This document shows, piece after piece, positions 35,501 through 39,591 of a stretch of DNA of 64,000 nt. Position numbers and translations under genes: made by a program. Positions within the stretch are counted from its first letter, which is position 1. Every line of letters starts with the position of its first letter. Origin of the DNA: Planctomycetota bacterium (GTDB lineage Bacteria; Planctomycetota; UBA8108; SXIK01). Under the pieces are notes generated by a model. The model did no database searches. It was not told the DNA's origin and saw nothing but the letters and a program-made list of their open reading frames with translations. Location: positions 6,688,001 through 6,752,000 of the forward strand of contig OZ244999.1 of the NCBI GenBank assembly GCA_965223265.1, written 5' to 3'.

Positions 35501-37668
35501 GAATCAGTCTGACCGGCAACGTAAACGTTTCCGGACGCATCCACTGCGATATCGTTGGCTCGATCGACGGCCGTGCCGCCGAGAAAGGCGACGTAGTCAA
35601 GGATCGGATCGATGACGAGCGGCACGCTTGGGTCGTAGGCACCCAATGCGAATCCCACGCTACCGTCTTCGAAGTGGCTGTAGCTGCTAGCGACAAGTTG
35701 CCGACCTTCAGCGCTGTCCTGATAACTCACGGGCGCCTTGAAGCGTACCGTTTCGCTAGATCCGGAAAGCGTCAGCACGAGGTCGCCGTTCTCCGCCACC
35801 ACCACATGATCGGCACCGGAGAACCGAAGCCTGATCGCGTCGGTGTCGGCGCCAGGCGCGACCTCAAAGTCGAACTCGAGGCGGCCGTCGCTCCCATAGT
35901 ATCGGACGTCGACTCCGTCGTAGACGTCGGTGTAGGAGACCTCACCGTAGTTGGCAATTCCGGTCAGCCAAGCCTCCGGGTCACGACCGAGAAAATAGCT
36001 CGTCGTGCTCTCGAGGAGGTCTCCGCCTGAGGCGCGGGCCAGTGCGTCACCGCCGACCAGATCCATACGCAGGACGTGATCGGAATCACCCGCGTCGAGC
36101 GCCACGACGGCGCCGGCGTCGGCCAGGAAGATCGAGTAACCGCTTCCTTGCGCGAGAAAGTCTACCGCGGCGTCGCTCTGGCCGACATTCGCTTCGAAGC
36201 GAATCGGAACGTCCGTGAACACCGACGTGGAAGCGGACGTTTGAGGCAGCTCAGCGTCGTCGGCGTCGAGTGTCGCGGTGTCAGTCGGCGAGTGTTCTTG
36301 GGCTAAGCTCTCTTGTTCCGGCTCTTCAGTAGCGTCGAGTTCCAGGTCCGACAACGCGACCTGGTCCGGTGACGCGTCGGTCGTGATCTCAGCGCTGAGA
36401 TCTTCATCCGTCTCCGCTGCGACGCTTTCCGTCGCTTCGGGGACGGAGACGCCGTCAGCGCCAGCCCCTGACTGCTCCGCGGGCGTGGTTTCTGCTATTT
36501 GGTCAGAGGCTCCGTCGTCAACGTCGGTTTCTTGCAAGAGAGCATCCGACTCGTTCCTGGGATACTCGCCGGCATCGTCTTTGCTCACTGCTTGATCTGA
36601 ATCAAAGTTCTTGGCCGGCTCCAGCGGCACCTCAGCGGGATCGGTCTCTGTCGCCGACTCAGACGGTTCAGAGCCCGAAAGAGCCGCTTCGACGAGAACT
36701 GACGCCGAGTCGGCGTCCGTCGTCGGTTGACTCTCTCCAAGTGCAGACGCGTCGACGACCTCGGTGTCGTTCGAGGTCGTGATGATATCTGTGACGTCCT
36801 GTTCCGGCGCTACGGCGGAGACACCGTCGTCGTGCACGGTCGTCCCATCGATCGCATCGTCAGCGAAGTCGCGAACGACGGCGCTAACAAGTCGCTCGAC
36901 GGTGACGCCGTGCTCCGCCGTCTTCTCCGCGGCGACGCGAAGACCCGGCGCCTCGGGATGCGGATGCAGGCGCGGCTTGGACGGTGCATCGAGATGAGAG
37001 TCTCCGCGTGAGTTCGCTTCGGCGATCTGCGTCGCGACGGCCGGCAACATGGTGCCGCGGCTCCAAAGCGCCGCGACCGAGTCGTCACTCGTCCCGTCGA
37101 CCGCTGCATCGGTGGTACGATCCGACGGATCGATGGCATCGATGGTGACATCGATAACGTTGCCGCCAACGACCTCGTCGAGAGTGTCGACGTTGCCGAT
37201 CTCCGCGGAGTTGGCTTGCGCTGCGGAATCACTCGACGCACTCACGTGCTCTTCGGCGTCGGAAGACGGTTCAGAATCGAGAAACACGATGTCGAATCCG
37301 TCTCGATGGTCGGCCGCACCAGATGGGTGAGTCCTATCTGTCTCTCGATCGAGATGTTCCGATCGGTCACTCTCCGGAGTCGGAGTCGACGCATGACGCG
37401 AGTCGACCTCAACTTCCTCGAGCGCATCGGCCAGCTCAAGATGGAATCCTGCCGTGGCGTCGTAAGCACCGACGTCGATCACGACGCCGTCGACGACTGC
37501 GCTCTGACTTGCGGCAACCTCCGAGGCGAGTTCGATGCCCGGAACGCTGTCAAGAACACTGGCCGCACCGCTGCCGACCATCGCCATGGCATCGAGCGCG
37601 ACGCCGGCGGCATCAGCCGAGAGCAAAATCCTCGGTTCAAGTTCTTCCAGCGAGTAACTGTCGCGCAC
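11545..37668 (-). CDS. Giant (8707 aa) repetitive surface protein, probable adhesin: LEPR-xLL, SBBP beta-propeller, beta-helix modules, LamG, cadherin/Ig-like repeats, C-terminal hydrophobic motif
   Basis: 26-kb uninterrupted ORF; N-terminal LEELEPRILLSAD; IAVDASGNVYVAGQT.S.DFP repeats; seven SLREAI...LQNFPV-type modules; DGQWHTYTLT LamG-like domain; 19 NDAP repeats; LSVGFVTWLLRAGSLL near the C-terminus. Confidence 0.92.
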   Translation of the reverse strand: MRDSYSLEELEPRILLSADAAGVALDAMAMVGSGAASVLDSVPGIELASEVAASQSAVVDGVVIDVGAYDATAGFHLELADALEEVEVDSRHASTPTPESDRSEHLDRETDRTHPSGAADHRDGFDIVFLDSEPSSDAEEHVSASSDSAAQANSAEIGNVDTLDEVVGGNVIDVTIDAIDPSDRTTDAAVDGTSDDSVAALWSRGTMLPAVATQIAEANSRGDSHLDAPSKPRLHPHPEAPGLRVAAEKTAEHGVTVERLVSAVVRDFADDAIDGTTVHDDGVSAVAPEQDVTDIITTSNDTEVVDASALGESQPTTDADSASVLVEAALSGSEPSESATETDPAEVPLEPAKNFDSDQAVSKDDAGEYPRNESDALLQETDVDDGASDQIAETTPAEQSGAGADGVSVPEATESVAAETDEDLSAEITTDASPDQVALSDLELDATEEPEQESLAQEHSPTDTATLDADDAELPQTSASTSVFTDVPIRFEANVGQSDAAVDFLAQGSGYSIFLADAGAVVALDAGDSDHVLRMDLVGGDALARASGGDLLESTTSYFLGRDPEAWLTGIANYGEVSYTDVYDGVDVRYYGSDGRLEFDFEVAPGADTDAIRLRFSGADHVVVAENGDLVLTLSGSSETVRFKAPVSYQDSAEGRQLVASSYSHFEDGSVGFALGAYDPSVPLVIDPILDYVAFLGGTAVDRANDIAVDASGNVYVAGQTDSTDFPTAGTLGLTPAGGQDGFVMKLDATGSLLYSLYFGGGAADSVEGIAVDASGNVHFAGTTSSNDLPVSGAFQGSLSGTNDAFVARINSSGNTLDYSTYFGGTGSESVGDLVVDAAAITYVVGGTTSSDLTTRSAYDTVLDGTDDAWVATFDSSQSGDSSLLISTYLGGSAVDNATDVAVDTAGDIYITGITDSTDFATPNAFDSTFGGGTSDGFLAVLESSGTSLLYGTFLGDVGVDEALAVALAADGSVYVTGKTASPLFPTTVDGFDTSFDSAEEAFVLRIDTTQSGAATLVASTFLGGSDNDDAREIFVDAIGRVHVVGSTASSNLPATPHAHDGDFDGGTDAFAAIFSADLERLHYLTFLGGTGTDVATGIAVDTDGRASVSGHTTNTVFDSVAGPITHGPLGGAEDAFVARLVTALVVDTTADTLDAPDTSSVAALLSNPGVDGQISLREAITAANATIGTDTILFNIAGGGPHTIVVDSTGLGALPAITDPIIIDGTSEPSYAGAPVVELDGSSTAVGIDGLVLNTNDSTIRGLIVSQFGDDGIYITGDNNTIAGNYIGPDAAGTGVPSLRNEATGVNIDGGNNNTIGGPNVSDRNIISANTLSGVGIDLGTGNVIQGNYIGTDVNGAFDLGNLGDGINIFFGDGNFVLNNLISGNDDDGVTITDGSDGNVVQGNIIGYDATQTVLIGNTDEGVVVFGDSVGGNPPSNNNLIGGTGVGEGNVIVGNGDEGVFVFDGAGNAILGNTIHSNSGLGIDLSNTSTADGLTANDAGDIDVGSNNLQNFPVIDYAGTDGVDSVTISGSLSSTAATTFRIEFFANVTGDTSTVPSHGEGENLLGFTEVTTDGGGSATFDVTLSATVAVSELVTATATVKTGADTYADTSEFAQNLATTPLILTVTTTSDAVNGVTTSVASLIASDGGDGISLPEAILAANATGGTVSILFNIPAIDAGHFYYVDDGVAGQVSLANVTATTAATDAALVNPDPDFARSWWSIAPTSPLPAITDTVVIDGSSQPGYVDAPIVEIDGSSAGPGDGLELQAASSGSTLRALTINRASGNGVLILSDSNTIVASHLGVDVSGTLALGNTSNGVFVSGGASNVVGSTSFSDANVIGDNVNGVTLFGSGSGNQVVGNFIGTDKTGTLDLGNGQHGVLMSSSSGQTIGGTAAGAGNTIAFNANDGIVVSVAGSVDNTFLGNSIYSNGDLGIDIIGGTEDAFDVTANDVGDADVGANGLQNSPVITSAGTTGSEIVVRGSFNGAASTTLRIEFFSNTTSDGSSSGEGETYLGFTSVTTDANGDATFSTALSAAVAAGDYISATATVDLGGGDYGATSEFAANVQAGAAVVVTTTSDVADAPDLSSITALLSDSGADGHISLREAITAVNNTANSGRPDEIHFAIPLGDANHFYYQDDGIANSLTLISTTTLDDGSIVDFDPDYVGTPFSWFTIQPTTDLPTLTDPVVIDGYTQSGAQENTIAAPGVSDAILKIELNGALAGPTADGVKFSTSASSLRGLVINGFGDEGIAISSGSANSVVGSYIGTDVSGTIAIGNGGHGILVESSLNTIGGMNPADRNVVSANTGRGVQIIGVAATGNTVLGNFIGVDVTGSVDLGNTGKGVEIRGGATGNTVGGTTAGARNIISGNDNDGVEFQDAGTSGNVLLGNYIGTDVTGSLAIGNSLAGIVISNAAASNTIGGTVSGAGNLVSGNLSDGIVVTGVGTDNNVIQGNFVGTDAAGAVALGNGDDGVQIKLGAANNTVGGASAGAANVLSGNLDDGLQFGDAGTDGNVAEGNFIGTDITGAIAIGNANNGVRIVNGAANNTVGGTAVGTANTIANNSARGVFVDSAGAGNAVLGNSIHSNGALGIDLGATGPTVNDAGDVDTGPNALQNFPVVDAAITNGLDTIYLSGSLDSTASRTFRVEFYASTVGDGSGYGEGEVFVGSVNVTTDVLGDATFGSTFSAVVAPGAVISATATDLTTNDTSEFSLSLAAASGAVLVVDTTSDTIDAPDPSTVANLLGDVGGDGRISLREAITATNGTAGPDVIQFNISDPLVGGAHTIQVGSALPAISDTLFIDATTEPDYAGLPVIVLDGTAGGVSDDGLVIDADGVRVKGFAIGGFADIGESGIVVNADNVRIEANHIGVDGAGTGTFGNDVGVTISATADGTLVDGNVISANTDDGIAIFGTNTVVTDNVIGLDLNGSSALPNGGDGIQISAGSSGGRVGGADIAERNIISANGGNGILITGAGADSNLLQGNYIGLAADGAGERGNSLDGVRIEAGAQSNQIGGSVSERNVISANDGDGIEISGIGTSSNVIQANFIGLAADGDIVRGNGGDGVHLSLGASSNVIGSLGAAGNVISGNDVHGVQFEGVGTSGNSIVNNLIGTDVTGLLDRGNLFVGVRIANSASGNSVGTGVAGAGNLISGNDSTGIEITNADFNTVRGNLVGLDVTGTAALGNADGVAISNGANNNTIGGTTSDQRNVVSGNGSTGIAVTTVGSDDNIIRGNYVGTDSLGSAAISNSTGVTISGAAGTQVIENLISGNSSNGLMVSGSADGTVIQGNLVGLSADGLSALGNGFSGIVLITSSNSIVGGATVGERNVISSNSFAGMEITASSGNVIRGNYIGVDINGSGDFGNGHGIRMSASNNTIGGTGANDGNVIANNLNAVQILSGTGNQILGNSFFANSSLGIDLDANGTVDANDVGDGDAGANNLQNHPVLTNAGTTGTTIRIHGSLDTSASTTLRVEFFSNAVTDGSGHGEGETYLGFANVTTDATGNASFSVSLTASVAAGDFISATATNLTTSDTSEFAANVQAVTAVVVDTTSDVADAPDLSSIAALMGNKGPDGLVSLREAIIAANASANGISPDEIQFDIPLSDPNHLYYQDDGIANSLTTVAATTLDDASIVDFDPDYPGGVGYSWWRIQVTTTELPSLNDPVVLDAATQTGFNGKPVIEIDGSLLVGGGMEGLRVLGGGSTVRGLVINQFSSDGVQLGTGDGNTIAGSYVGTDVTGTIDLGNTLDGILISLSSNNNVIGGVSSVDRNVISGNDQYGVRLIGVTGNNIIGNFIGVDVTGTQDLGNNLNGINVASGSTGNTIGGTGVGAGNVISGNDGGGVQITGAGSDGNSVLGNLIGTDVGGSSAIGNSGNGVSINGNAASNTIGGTAPGAGNVISGNTSRGVHMSQTSNNVVQGNTIGLDLSGAVILGNGSQGIEITNSSAGNLIGGDSPEARNVISGNGSAGVSLTSSDGNTIQGNYIGTDATGSVAIANIGGIQMSLSDNNQIGGAAPGEGNVISGNSGAALWIFNTSSGNVVEGNIVGLNAGESGVLPNTRAITINGGATGNTIGGTTPGASNVLSGNTFEGLILTNSGTTGNVVQGNFIGTDSTGTVAFGNLQDGVFVGDNAASNTLGGTAPGAGNIIANNNGVGVRLAPTAGAGNEISGNSIYANGQLGIDLSGDGIVTPNDTGDGDSGANNLQNFPVLTGVGTTGTTVLVRGTLNTTASTAVRVEFFSTAAVDASGHGEGEVYLGFANVVTDVSGNASFEATVSAAVAAGEFVSATATDSGTSDTSEFSMSVQAVSIVVVDTASDVVNAPDLSSIAALAANRGADGLISLREAIIAANNTANTGGPDEIHFDISGVGPHTITLASALPDITDAVVIDGTTEPDFSGSPVIELDGASAGAVDGLRLTAGSDGSTVRGLVINRFGDDGIEITSSDGNSIVGNYIGTDVTGAVDLGNATDGVRVSDGANNIIGGVLATDRNVISGNDDDGVQITGASATSNTVLGNYIGVSAAGSASVGNGANGVALFTDGNTLRDNVISGNTQNGISLSGASNNSILGNRIGTDAAGTSALGNGQDGINLRSGSANNAIGGSGVGESNLISGNLNQGVNLSDAGTTGNTLLGNLIGTDVTGSSAVSNQGEGVFLSTGADGNTIGGSAPGEGNVISGNVQTGLAMATANNVVYGNYIGTNASGTGAVANDLGIRLTGSSSSNTIGGAGALGNVISGNTRWGIDVVVGSTSSDIFGNLIGTDATGTSPVANGSDGIRVEGTGVAIGSTAAGEGNVIAFNGENGIEVRGAASGVSILGNAIHSNVGLGVDLVGGSEDGFGVTANDAGDGDVGANGLQNVPVIATAFTDGVGTLSISGTLESTASRAFRIELFANASVDGSGSGEGERYLGSLTVTTDGAGSGSFGLSLSATVAAGEFVSATATDLTTSSTSEFAVSLVAMTGSIVIVDTTDDLVNGDTSSIANLAATKGDGLISLREAIIAANNTANGATPDEIHFNIPGAALHTITVSSALPAITDAVVIDGRTQESFSGDNNPAVVEVTTGPEVVVDYTETVAGPGFDVVADDVSIYSIGINGVATAAPTGHGIVVTGDNALIDGVTVTRSGEVGIVFDSTSGGQVSNSVLRDNGAVATIGDGVTLLNGAIGLLISGNEVIGNSGFGIDFASGALSNIIVENNVIKGNGFGDADQTAGIGIRAGIDSVVRDNEVSGNSGDGIVVLTGASGHTFLRNQIFGNGDLGIDLSANATMTGDFVTANDGGDADLGGNDLQNFPVLTLAEVLGSDLHVVGTLSTKVAAEYRIDFFNSPLGTEDASGHGEGSVYLGTVSVTTDGSGDATIDTTLFGVGVPAADRISATATEITDAGQVGVDDGLAYGSTSEFSLNVIAALPVSNSLAVAVADSLNTDEDTPLVFDPTTNDTDADGDAISVVDFTQPANGSVIDNGDGTLTYTPDPGFLGADSFDYVVADAGAGVQNYWGFDGNAVDAIGGADGTLNGTSTVAGDFGSALGFDEVSGEYVELPDISYNSEFTLSLEFKVDEINGGLFQYLYSHGDINDFNSLNVFIVEDAHATSPGMLRTVVRDGNDTLDNFALEVDINALVGDGQWHTYTLTVGATGARVYVDGTFASSDSRGSDGVDPAGNAYVGVRQDFDPDRRFGGFLDSLQIFSTELGSTQVADLTSNQTRTTVNLTVASVNDAPVGTANTVATLEDTDYVFTTGDFGFSDPNDSPADALLNVIATTTMSVGTLYVDADLDGVVDAGETVAASDSISAVDIAAGRLKFQPVADAHGTGYDSFTFQVQDDGGTLNGGVDTDPTPRTMTIDVTSVNDAPVGTANTVTTLEDTDYVFTAGDFGFTDPNDSPSNALLNVIATTTTSTGTLYVDADLDGVVDAGEAVVALNSISAADIAAGRLKFQPVADAHGTGYDSFTFQVQDDGGTLNSGMDTDPTPRTMTIDVTSVNDAPVGTANTVTTLEDTDYVFAAGDFGFTDPNDSPANALLNVIAATTTTAGTLYVDADLDGVVDVGEAVVALDAISATDIAAGRLKFQPVADAHGTGYDSFTFQVQDDGGALNGGVDTDTTARTMAIDVTSVNDAPVGSNNTVTTNEDTDYVFVAGDFGFTDPNDSPSNTLLNVVVATAPSAGTLYVDADADGTVDAGEAVAALDSIGSADIAAGNLKFQPVADASGTPYTTFTFQVQDDGGTLNSGVDTDPTPRTMTIDVTAVNDDPTNVGSLPTDLTVIEDVASFIDLSAIDLSDVDSGNQLVTLTLRTSTGGNLVSSSDVDVTVFGSGTGILSLIGSVADLNSFIDSPVRILYQHGTIHTAGDNADAIQIEISDGGHTGSGGGGTVILGSVNVDITAVNDAPAGTANTVTTLEGADYVFGAGDFGFSDPNDSPANALLNVIASTTTSTGTLYVDADLDGVVDAGEAVAALDAISVADIAAGRLKFQPAVDAHGAGYDSFTFQVQDDGGTLNGGVDTDPTPRTMTIDVTSVNDAPVGTANTVTTLEDTDYVFIAGDFGFTDPNDSPANALLNVIATTTTSVGTLYVDADLDGVVDGGEAVTALDSISVADIAAGRLKFRPVPGATGVGYDSFTFQVQDDGGTLNSGADTDTTARVMTIDVTSVNDAPVGTANTVTTLEDTDYVFIAGDFGFTDPNDSPANALLNVIATTTTSVGTLYVDADLDGVVDAGEAVVALDAISAGDIAAGRLKFQPAANAHSTTYDSFTFQVQDDGGTLNSGVDTDPTPRTMTIDVTSVNDAPVGTANTVTTLEDTDYVFTTGDFGFTDPNDSPANALLNVIATTTTSTGTLYVDVDLDGVVDVGEVVASLDAISAADIAAGRLKFQPVADAHGTGYDSFTFQVQDDGGTLNSGADTDTTARVMTIDVTSVNDAPVGTANTVTTLEDTDYVFTAGDFGFTDPNDSPANSLLNVIATTTTSTGTLYVDADLDGVVDAGEAVSALDAISAADIAARRLKFQPVPGATGTGYDSFTFQVQDDGGTLNGGVDTDPTPRTMTIDVTSVNDAPVGTANTVTTLEDTDYVFTAGDFGFTDPNDSPANALLNVIATTTTSVGTLYVDVDLDGVVDVGEAVASLDAISAADIAAGRLKFQPVPGATGTGYDSFTFQVQDDGGTLNSGVDTDPTPRTMTLDVTSVNDAPVGTANTVTTLEDTDYVFTAGDFGFTDPSDSPANALLNVIATTTTSVGMLYVDADLDGVVDAGEAVAALDAISAADIAAGRLKFQPVADAHGAGYDSFTFQVQDDGGTLNSGADTDTTARVMTIDVTSVNDAPVGTANTVTTLEDTDYVFTTGDFGFTDPSDSPANALLNVIATTTTSTGTLYVDTDLDGVVDVGEAVAALDAISAADIAAGRLKFQPVPGATGTGYDSFTFQVQDDGGTLNSGVDTDPTPRTMTIDVTSVNDAPVGTANTVTTLEDTDYVFTAGDFGFTDPNDSPANALLNVIATTTSSTGTLYVDADLDGVVDAGEAVAALDAISAADIAAGRLKFQPVADAHGTGYDSFTFLVQDDGGTLNSGADTDTTARVMTIDVTSVNDAPVGTANTVTILEDTDYVFTAGDFGFTDPNDSPANALLNVIATTTTSTGTLYVDADLDGVVDAGEAVAALDAISAADIAAGRLKFRPVADAHGAGYDSFTFQVQDDGGTLNSGVDTDPTPRSMTIDVTSVNDAPVGTANTVTTLEDTDYVFTAGDFGFTDPNDSPANALLNVIATTTSSTGTLYVDADLDGVVDAGEAVAALDAISAADIAAGRLKFQPVADAHGTGYDSFTFQVQDDGGTLNSGADTDTTARVMTIDVTSVNDAPVGTANTVTILEDTDYVFTAGDFGFTDPNDSPANALLNVIATTTTSTGTLYVDADLDGVVDAGEAVAALDAISAADIAAGRLKFRPVADAHGAGYDSFTFQVQDDGGTLNSGVDTDPTPRSMTIDVTSVNDAPVGTANTVTTLEDTDYVFTAGDFGFTDPNDSPANALLNIVATTTPSVGTLYVDADLDGVVDAGEAVSALDAISAADIAAGQLKFQPAPNAHGTGYDSFTFQVQDDGGTLNSGVDTDTTARVMTIDATSVNDAPVGTANTVTTLEDTDYVFTAGDFGFTDPSDSPANALLNVIATTTTSTGSLYVDADLDGVVDAGEAVVALDAISAGDIAAGRLKFRPVADAHGAGYESFTFQVQDDGGTLNSGVDTDPTPRTMTIDVTSVNDAPVGTANTVTTLEDTDYVFTTGDFGFTDPSDSPANALLNVIATTTTSTGTLYVDTDLDGVVDAGEAASALDAISAADIAAGRLKFKPVADAHGTGYDSFTFQVQDDGGTLNSGTDTDTAARMMTIDVTSVNDVPVASSFTVTLDVASSVNGTVVGIVPASDPDMGDVLTFSFVSGNTGNAFAIDPNSGVVSVNDSTALDPVALPTYNLVVLVEDSGVPTLSTAAVVTVQLSGSTFVPDAGPPDSDPFDDPEPPPPGEEPESTAPETPDDTGSDSDGTDDSDGSGGDVDVDAPSPNESPDLPQPPSEDSPGPVAPNQSPTPGQPRPTDPRPRIVPAIDPIAPIDPVEVVYTTSDIDVHVPDVELEDELATEVRIVERLSPMSAAFWEALDVMGNEIDASESDDDDGQSFFSTSLQVTSLVLSVGFVTWLLRAGSLLTSFLSTVPIWVWFDPMPILALSAHEKTKREREVRREEEEEGEQLGDLLG
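12607..20545 (-). repeat. Intragenic 396-bp (132-aa) tandem repeats: 15 units plus 4 units separated by one divergent Ig-like unit
   Basis: NDAP-encoding sites recur every 396 bp from ~12607 to ~18547 and from ~18958 to ~20542. Confidence 0.92.
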
Positions 37669-38565
37669 GGTGCAGTCAACCTAGAGAAGGCAAGAGAATC
37701 GATCGATTTGAAGGGAGGCGTTCCCTCATGGTTTCTATCGGACAGCCCAGGGAACGGCACCAGCACAGCAAACCTCATCCTCGTAATCAGCGTTTTCTTC
37801 ACGACTTCCGATGGGCCTGTAACCATCCGCGACCGACCAACGATCGACCAACGACCGTACGGACCGTCCCCTCCGTCCCCACCTCAGTGCACAAGACCTC
37901 GGCATCGACATCGAACGACGCTCGCACAGTGAACCCGTGACTCCGGGAAACGAAACCGCTGGAAGACGCCCTCGACGCGTAGCGAGGTAGCTGCGCTGTG
38001 ACCTCGCGTTGCGATTGGCGAAGCAAAGAGCAACACAATGCATGGACGCGAAGCAGCCGCGCGCGGCTTGCAGTTCGCAGTCAGATTCCAAGAGACGCAT
38101 CACAAGTGAACAGATTTCAGCGATCTGCTACGACCTCGCCCCAGAGCTGAGCGCAGGCTGTCGCGCGAGACTGTCGCACTTGCCACCGATCCAACCGCGG
38201 AAACCGCTCCGTCTGGACCACGCTGACATTCAGCGTGACTCGCCGTCACGCACCCCTTCCATGCTCAGATAGGCACTCGTTGCGAAACTACGTGAGAGTC
38301 GCAAACTAGACAAACACCGCCCGGGACGCGCGCGGAGATCCCGCGGTTCGCGGCGCCGATGCCAAGACCGCGGCAGCATCGCCGCGAGTCGCCGATTGCG
38401 GGGCAAGACGCCACGGCTGAAGTCGTCCCGTTAAAACTAGACGACGTTGTGACTGTTGTCTTGCCGGAGGCGCTGTTCGGCTCAACTGCCCTCTTGCAAC
38501 TTCTCGGGTACCGATCTAATCTCTCCCGAAACGCCCCCACCACCGACGCCTTCCTGGAGTTTGCC

Positions 38566-38970
38566 ATGAGCACCGATTCGTCGAGAGTCTTCCTGGAAAA
38601 ACTCGAAGAGCTCGAGTCTCTGCGCGCTGCCGAGATACCCGCCGACCGCCGCATCTCACCGCGTGTTCCGGTGCGTGGTGAAGCCGAGATGTTGGCTATC
38701 TCGGGAACCAGCGTGACGTCGAACCTTCTGCCGATCCAGATCCGTGACATCTCTTGGGCTGGGCTAGGATTCTTGTGTAGCGAAAAGCTCGTAGCGGATT
38801 CGCACTGGCGCATCTGCTTCATGGATCACGGCGAACAAATGGGGCAAGGCCGACTCATGGTGCGCCACTGTCGCGAAGTCAACGAGGGAATTTGTCTCGC
38901 TGGCGGCCTGTTCGTCATCGAAGCGTCGATTCCCGCACTTTTTGGTGTGCGCACGAGCGAACTTTCGTGA
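38566..38970 (+). CDS. Stand-alone PilZ-domain c-di-GMP receptor
   Basis: RRISPR (RxxxR) and DISWAG (DxSxxG); ggag RBS before ATG 38566 (the ORF track starts at 38359). Confidence 0.8.
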   Translation: MSTDSSRVFLEKLEELESLRAAEIPADRRISPRVPVRGEAEMLAISGTSVTSNLLPIQIRDISWAGLGFLCSEKLVADSHWRICFMDHGEQMGQGRLMVRHCREVNEGICLAGGLFVIEASIPALFGVRTSELS

Positions 38971-39591
38971 TTGGCGTGCTTTGCGCCCGCCGGTTTCGGC
39001 ACCTCGTCTGAAGCGCCAAGACGTCGCCTGCACGGTGCACGACCTCCGACGCCAGCGGCGGCTCGAAGACGGACGAAGGCGCTCTCGTCGTCACTCTTTT
39101 TCAGGCTCTCGGATTCGGGTGGGGTGAGCGAAAAGTGCCGCATGAGCCCCGACGCTCGTCTGCGGCAAAGAACTCGCGTGATCAGACAGAAAGAGTAGCG
39201 TACGAACACGCCTTCTGCAGCCATCGCGGGCGCCCCGCCCTCGCCGTCGGAAGCCTTCGCGCGGAGCTAAGGGCGCCACCGTCGTGACTACGCTTCGCGC
39301 CGACGAGTGCACAATCGCTCGGGGCGACGCCATAGGTTCTCCGCGATCATATCTTCCTTGCTCCGTGCTTATCGGAAGCGTCCAAACGCGGTCCGTTTGT
39401 CGCTCCGTCTTACGTTCGCCACAGCCGCTGAACGCGAATAGACGACTTTCAGCTCGAAGCACCATTTCTCCACAGACTGCATATATATCATCGTCACGGT
39501 CTACCCCGCGGGGAAGGGCCGAAACAGTTGAAGATTCCATCAAAGTTCAGCCGATCTTTGTTGTGTCCAACATCGGTACTCGACCGACGCA

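Noticed and set aside
11929-37940. Many + strand ORFs over the giant gene
   Set aside because: Antisense shadows of a GC-rich repetitive CDS; they repeat with the same periodicity and have no independent motifs.
38960-39020. c-di-GMP-I riboswitch-like string (gaaa...gggcgcaaagc, minus strand)
   Set aside because: Lacks the upstream GGCAAAC element and a second stem, and points antisense into the PilZ gene end.
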